NCBI GenBank assembly: GCA_964270895.1
Contig: OZ185446.1
Source: Podarcis filfolensis
Lineage: Eukaryota
Length of the DNA: 64,000 nucleotides
Reading direction: 5' to 3' (one strand)
Below the pieces are notes generated by a model. The model made no database searches, was not told where the DNA came from, and saw only the letters and a program-made list of their open reading frames with translations. The position numbers and the translations under genes are program-made. Positions 60,630-64,000 of this stretch are shown here, in pieces (positions within the stretch are counted from its first letter, which is position 1; the number at the start of each line of letters is the position of its first letter).

Positions 60630-60933
60630 GAGATCCAGTGCCGAGGGCCTTCTGGCGGTTCCCTCATTGCGAGAAGTGAGGTTACAGGGAACCAGACAGA
60701 GGGCCTTCTCAGTGGTGGCGCCCACCCTGTGGAAGGCCCTCCTTTCAGATGTGAAGGAAATAAGCAGCTATCTTCTCTTTAAAAGACATCTGAAGGCAGC
60801 CCTGTTTAGAGAAGTTTTTAATATTTAATGCTGTATTGTCTTTAACATTTGATTGGAAGCTGCCCAGAGTGGCTGGGGAAACTCAGCCAGATGGGCGGGG
60901 TATAAATAATAAATTATTATTATTATTATTATT
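60630..60933 (+). mobile_element. L2-type LINE 3' fragment with (ATT)n tail
   Basis: AGGGCCTTCTCAGTGGTGGCGCCCACCCTGTGGAA...CCCAGAGTGGCTGGGG...GATGGGCGGGGTATAAAT. Confidence 0.8.
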
Positions 60934-61138
60934 AGGGCAGCCCCCTCAAATATTTTATTGAGTAGGGGGTGAAGGGACCCTAAGAGTTGGCTCCTATGCC
61001 TGAGACCCACCGGGAGAGTCAGAATGGGGCGCCTGCGATGCTGCCCCCTTCCCTTCCCTTGGCACACAAAGGCACGCGCTGTCTGCCTCTCCCTCCCAGC
61101 CTGGCGAGGGGAGCAGAGGGCAGGACCGGGCTACTCAC

Positions 61139-61178
61139 CGCTCAGATAGTTGGTCCACTTGTACAGCACCCCCTCCAT
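61139..61178 (-). CDS. PLEKHA8: PLEKHA8 coding exon 1, 40 nt: MEGVLYKWTNYLS(G)
   Basis: ATG at 61178 in good Kozak context (caccATGg), donor G|GTGAGT; matches recalled human N-terminus. Confidence 0.97.
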
Positions 61179-61179
61179 G

Positions 61180-62260
61180 GTGACAAGGCCCCCCCCATCC
61201 AGATCTGCCTGGGACAGGGGAAACCTCTCCCCCTGGCCTTCCCGCCCCCCCAGAAACTTTTAAGCGCTCAGCCCCACGGCTGAAGCACTGGCACCCAGGG
61301 CCATTCCGAGGCTGGCAGAAGCCCGGCCTGCCTCCCTGCCTTTCTCCCGCACCCGCCCACCCGATCCTCCCCTGGCCCTGCCCTGCCAACCAACTACGGG
61401 GCACTACGCCGGTAGCGTAGACGTCGCACCCGCAGGACTCGCTCCTTCTCCTTCTTCTTCCTTAAGGAGAGGCGTAAACGCGTTTCGGAATACGGGCTGC
61501 CCACGTGATCGCGGGGAATGGGCGTGGCCAAGAATGCCTGGGAAAGCGGCGAGCCAATGAGGCCGCCGCTCTCGCCGCCGCGCCAGCCAATGGCTGCGGC
61601 GCAGAAGCCGGTTGTATTGTGCTGAGGGATTCCGAGATGTACGCGCGGCGTTCTCTTCCTGGAATGTTGGGGCAGCCAATCACCGCTCGCAGCGGCTCGG
61701 ATGGGTGTGTTTTGTTTGTTTCAGTGTATCGTTTTGAAGACTGGCAGCTCCGTGGCCCAATGGAACGGCGGCGTTGCCTGGGTCCTGCCCCACGGGGAGG
61801 AGGGTGGGGTGGGGGAATGAATGGACGCGAAATCGTCGCGTTCTGGGGGCGAGTTTGCCACGTCTGCGGATTCGAGGAGCGGGGATGACGGGCCGGTGGG
61901 ATGCGCGGAGCTGGCCGGAAACGGGAGCCCGCCTTCAGTCGCGGAGAGCGCTGGGAAAAGCGTGGGCTTCCAAAGTTCGGGAAAGTTGCTGGGAAGCGGA
62001 GCTTGCATGGAGTGGCTGCTCCAGAAAACAAAAACTTGAAGAACCCAGTGCTCTGACAGCGTTGAGAATCTCGCACTGAAAATAAGATAAAATCGCCTCT
62101 GCGAAATCTGCAAAGGCCTTTTTAAATTTTTTAATTCAGCGTCCTGGGGCTATTTAGTCTTGTGTCCGAATGTCTCCCCGTCTTCTTGTTTTTAAGGGAA
62201 ATGCGCACGTTGCGTTTTAAACTGAAAGATTGCACACACGCTGCACACACGGCGGTGAAA
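61180..62260. promoter_or_regulatory. CpG-rich bidirectional promoter region shared by PLEKHA8 and FKBP14
   Basis: High GC and CpG density; start codons 1083 bp apart; CCAAT boxes near 61554, 61588, 61676 and 61757; CACGTG at 61502-61507. Confidence 0.85.
61751..61761 (-). promoter_or_regulatory. ERSE-II ER-stress element (ATTGG-N-CCACG)
   Basis: Plus strand CGTGG-C-CCAAT is an exact match to the consensus, upstream of an ER foldase gene; function not shown. Confidence 0.55.
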
Positions 62261-62457
62261 ATGAAAGGTGCCTTTTGGACTCTGCTTGCCTTTGCGTTCG
62301 TGGCTTTGGGGGCTGCGGGTCTCATCCCGGAACCAGAAGTGGAGATCGAAGTGCTCCAGAAACCGTTCATTTGCAAGAGGAAAACGAAGCCGGGAGACAT
62401 GATGTTGGTGCACTACGAAGGCTATTTGGAGAATGACGGCTCGCTCTTTCATTCTAC
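62261..62457 (+). CDS. FKBP14: FKBP14 (FKBP22, ER peptidyl-prolyl isomerase) coding exon 1, 197 nt: signal peptide plus start of FKBP domain
   Basis: MKGAFWTLLAFAFVALGAAG-LIPEPEVEIEVLQKPFICKRKTKPGDMMLVHYEGYLENDGSLFHS(T); donor GTGAGT at 62458; head-to-head with PLEKHA8 as in human. Confidence 0.95.
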
Positions 62458-62588
62458 GTGAGTATACCTCCCTCGTCACACGTACACAGACGATGATGTA
62501 TGTGCAATGGATGGTGGAAAACTACATCTGAATTCTTTTGTATTAGACTCTGTAAAACTGCAGGATGCATGAAATCCCATTGCAGCTA

Positions 62589-62814
62589 CAGTGGTACCTC
62601 GGGTTACATACACTTCAGGTTACAGACTCCGCTAACCCAGAAATAGTGCTTCAGGTTAAGAACTTTGCTTCAGGTTGAGAACAGAAATCGTGCTCCTGCG
62701 GCGCAGCGGCAGCGGGAGGCCCCATTAGCTAAAGTGGTGCTTCACGTTAAGAACAGTTTCAGGTTAAGTACGGACCTTTGGAACGAATTAAGTACTTAAC
62801 CTGAGGTATCACTG
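62589..62814. mobile_element. Tc1/mariner-type MITE, family 2
   Basis: TA|CAGTGGTACCTCGGGTTA ... GAGGTATCACTG|TA, 130 bp into FKBP14 intron 1. Confidence 0.9.
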
Positions 62815-63143
62815 TAGTTGGGCCTGATTCTTTGGAACAGCAGTGGCTAACCCAGGGATTCCCCCTCTGAATATTTGTGGAACTACAATTGCCATGCTCC
62901 CTGGTCATTCCTTGGCCTTGTGGGCTGGGGTGGATGGGAGTTGTAGTCCAACATGACTGGATTGTGCGGTCAGTTTTCAATGCATCATCTAGGGGAAGGG
63001 GCACAGGTTAGCCACCCCTGCTTTAGAAACCACATTCTTTTCACTAATAATTAATAATAACGATACATTTAAATTTCATCCTTTTCTCAAGTAGCTCAGG
63101 CGTACATGGTTCTCTTGCTGCCTCTATTTTCATAACATCTGAA

Positions 63144-63285
63144 CAGCTCAGTTGGTAGAACATGAGACTCTCAATCTCACGGTTGTGGTTTCAAATTCCA
63201 CGTTGGGCGAAAGATTCCTGCATTTCAGGGTATTGGACTAGATGACTCTTGTGGTCCATTCTAACCCTACAGTTCTAATGAATCC
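63144..63285 (+). mobile_element. tRNA-derived SINE with CR1-type tail (Squam3-like)
   Basis: A-box AGCTCAGTTGGTAGA and tRNA-Lys-like body, then ATTCCTGCAT...TGGACTAGATGAC. Confidence 0.75.
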
Positions 63286-64000
63286 ATGAAACAACAAGCC
63301 TGTGAGGTAGGTTCTTAAAAGGGATTGGCCAAATTCATGGAGCATAGCGCTATTGATAGCTGCTCACCACAATAGTCATATTCCTAATTTACTGTCCTAT
63401 AGACATCTGGTTGTTTATTGTGAGAACGTGGTGGCAGACTAGATAAGCTTTTGATCTGATCCATCAGAACTCTTTCTTACATAGGTCTGGCTGAGAAAAA
63501 GATTCTGGTCCCAGTTTGCACAATGAACTTTGTGGCTGAGAACCCAGAATCTTCATGGTCCTAATCCAAAAAATCTAACCCATAGATGGAGAACTTGTGG
63601 CCATCCATTTGTTGGACTAAAAATTCTACCATCCCTGATGGCTGGCTGGGACTGATGTAGGCATCTAGAGAGGCACAGGTTCCGCACACACACAAACACA
63701 CCCACACCCCGAACTAATCATGGTATCACATTTTCTTAAAAAAATAACAAGAATCCAAAATAAAATCAAATTTAGTTAGAACAGAAAGGGGAAACCTAGC
63801 TCAATTTCACATTTCAGTTATTAACGTAAAAAAAAATCTTTGATTTGGAAAACCGTTAAAAGGATATTCATTGAAATTCAACCAGGTCGGATCCGAGGAA
63901 GTCACTTAACAACGTTAATAAGATTAATTTTAATAAGGTTATGATTTTTTGTTCGTTTGTGTGTTTACAATTTTGTGAAAACCAATAAAAAATTTTGGGG

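Noticed and set aside
38502-61178. PLEKHA3 (FAPP1) or GLTP instead of PLEKHA8
   Set aside because: It has both PH and GLTP domains, ends in HGLESDEVV, and is head-to-head with FKBP14 rather than FKBP7.
23255-62457. Functional gene cluster of a collagen (COLQ) with a collagen foldase (FKBP14)
   Set aside because: Proximity alone. The genes are unlinked in human and nothing in the sequence shows shared regulation.
95-63004. The ~250 short ORFs in the six-frame track as independent genes
   Set aside because: Apart from those overlapping the exons and retroelement fragments listed, they have no recognisable domains, are often repeat-derived, and are of the size expected by chance.

Overview
Vertebrate genomic DNA, very likely a lacertid lizard (Sauria/Squam1-type SINEs, a (CAA)n-tailed BovB end, Squam3-type SINEs). 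Three genes. (1) The 3' part of COLQ on + strand: 13 coding exons at 853-23324, equivalent to human exons 5-17 with matching exon sizes. (2) A complete 14-exon PLEKHA8/FAPP2 on - strand: 61178 to 38502, 1542 nt, 513 aa, with one GC-AG intron. (3) Coding exon 1 of FKBP14 on + strand (62261-62457), head-to-head with PLEKHA8 across a CpG-rich promoter. The rest is intronic or intergenic DNA dense in retroelements (L1, CR1, L2, RTE/BovB, Penelope, SINEs, an LTR-like end) and MITEs, and almost all other ORFs in the track are spurious. I found no clearly new multi-gene system. Best second-look items: a minimal hammerhead-ribozyme motif in a Penelope fragment with an adjacent antisense arm, a young sense-oriented L1 in COLQ intron 15, a perfect ERSE-II in the FKBP14/PLEKHA8 promoter, a spacerless 62-bp palindrome, and the COLQ-PLEKHA8 adjacency that differs from human. 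All homology calls come from recalled reference sequences, not from database searches.
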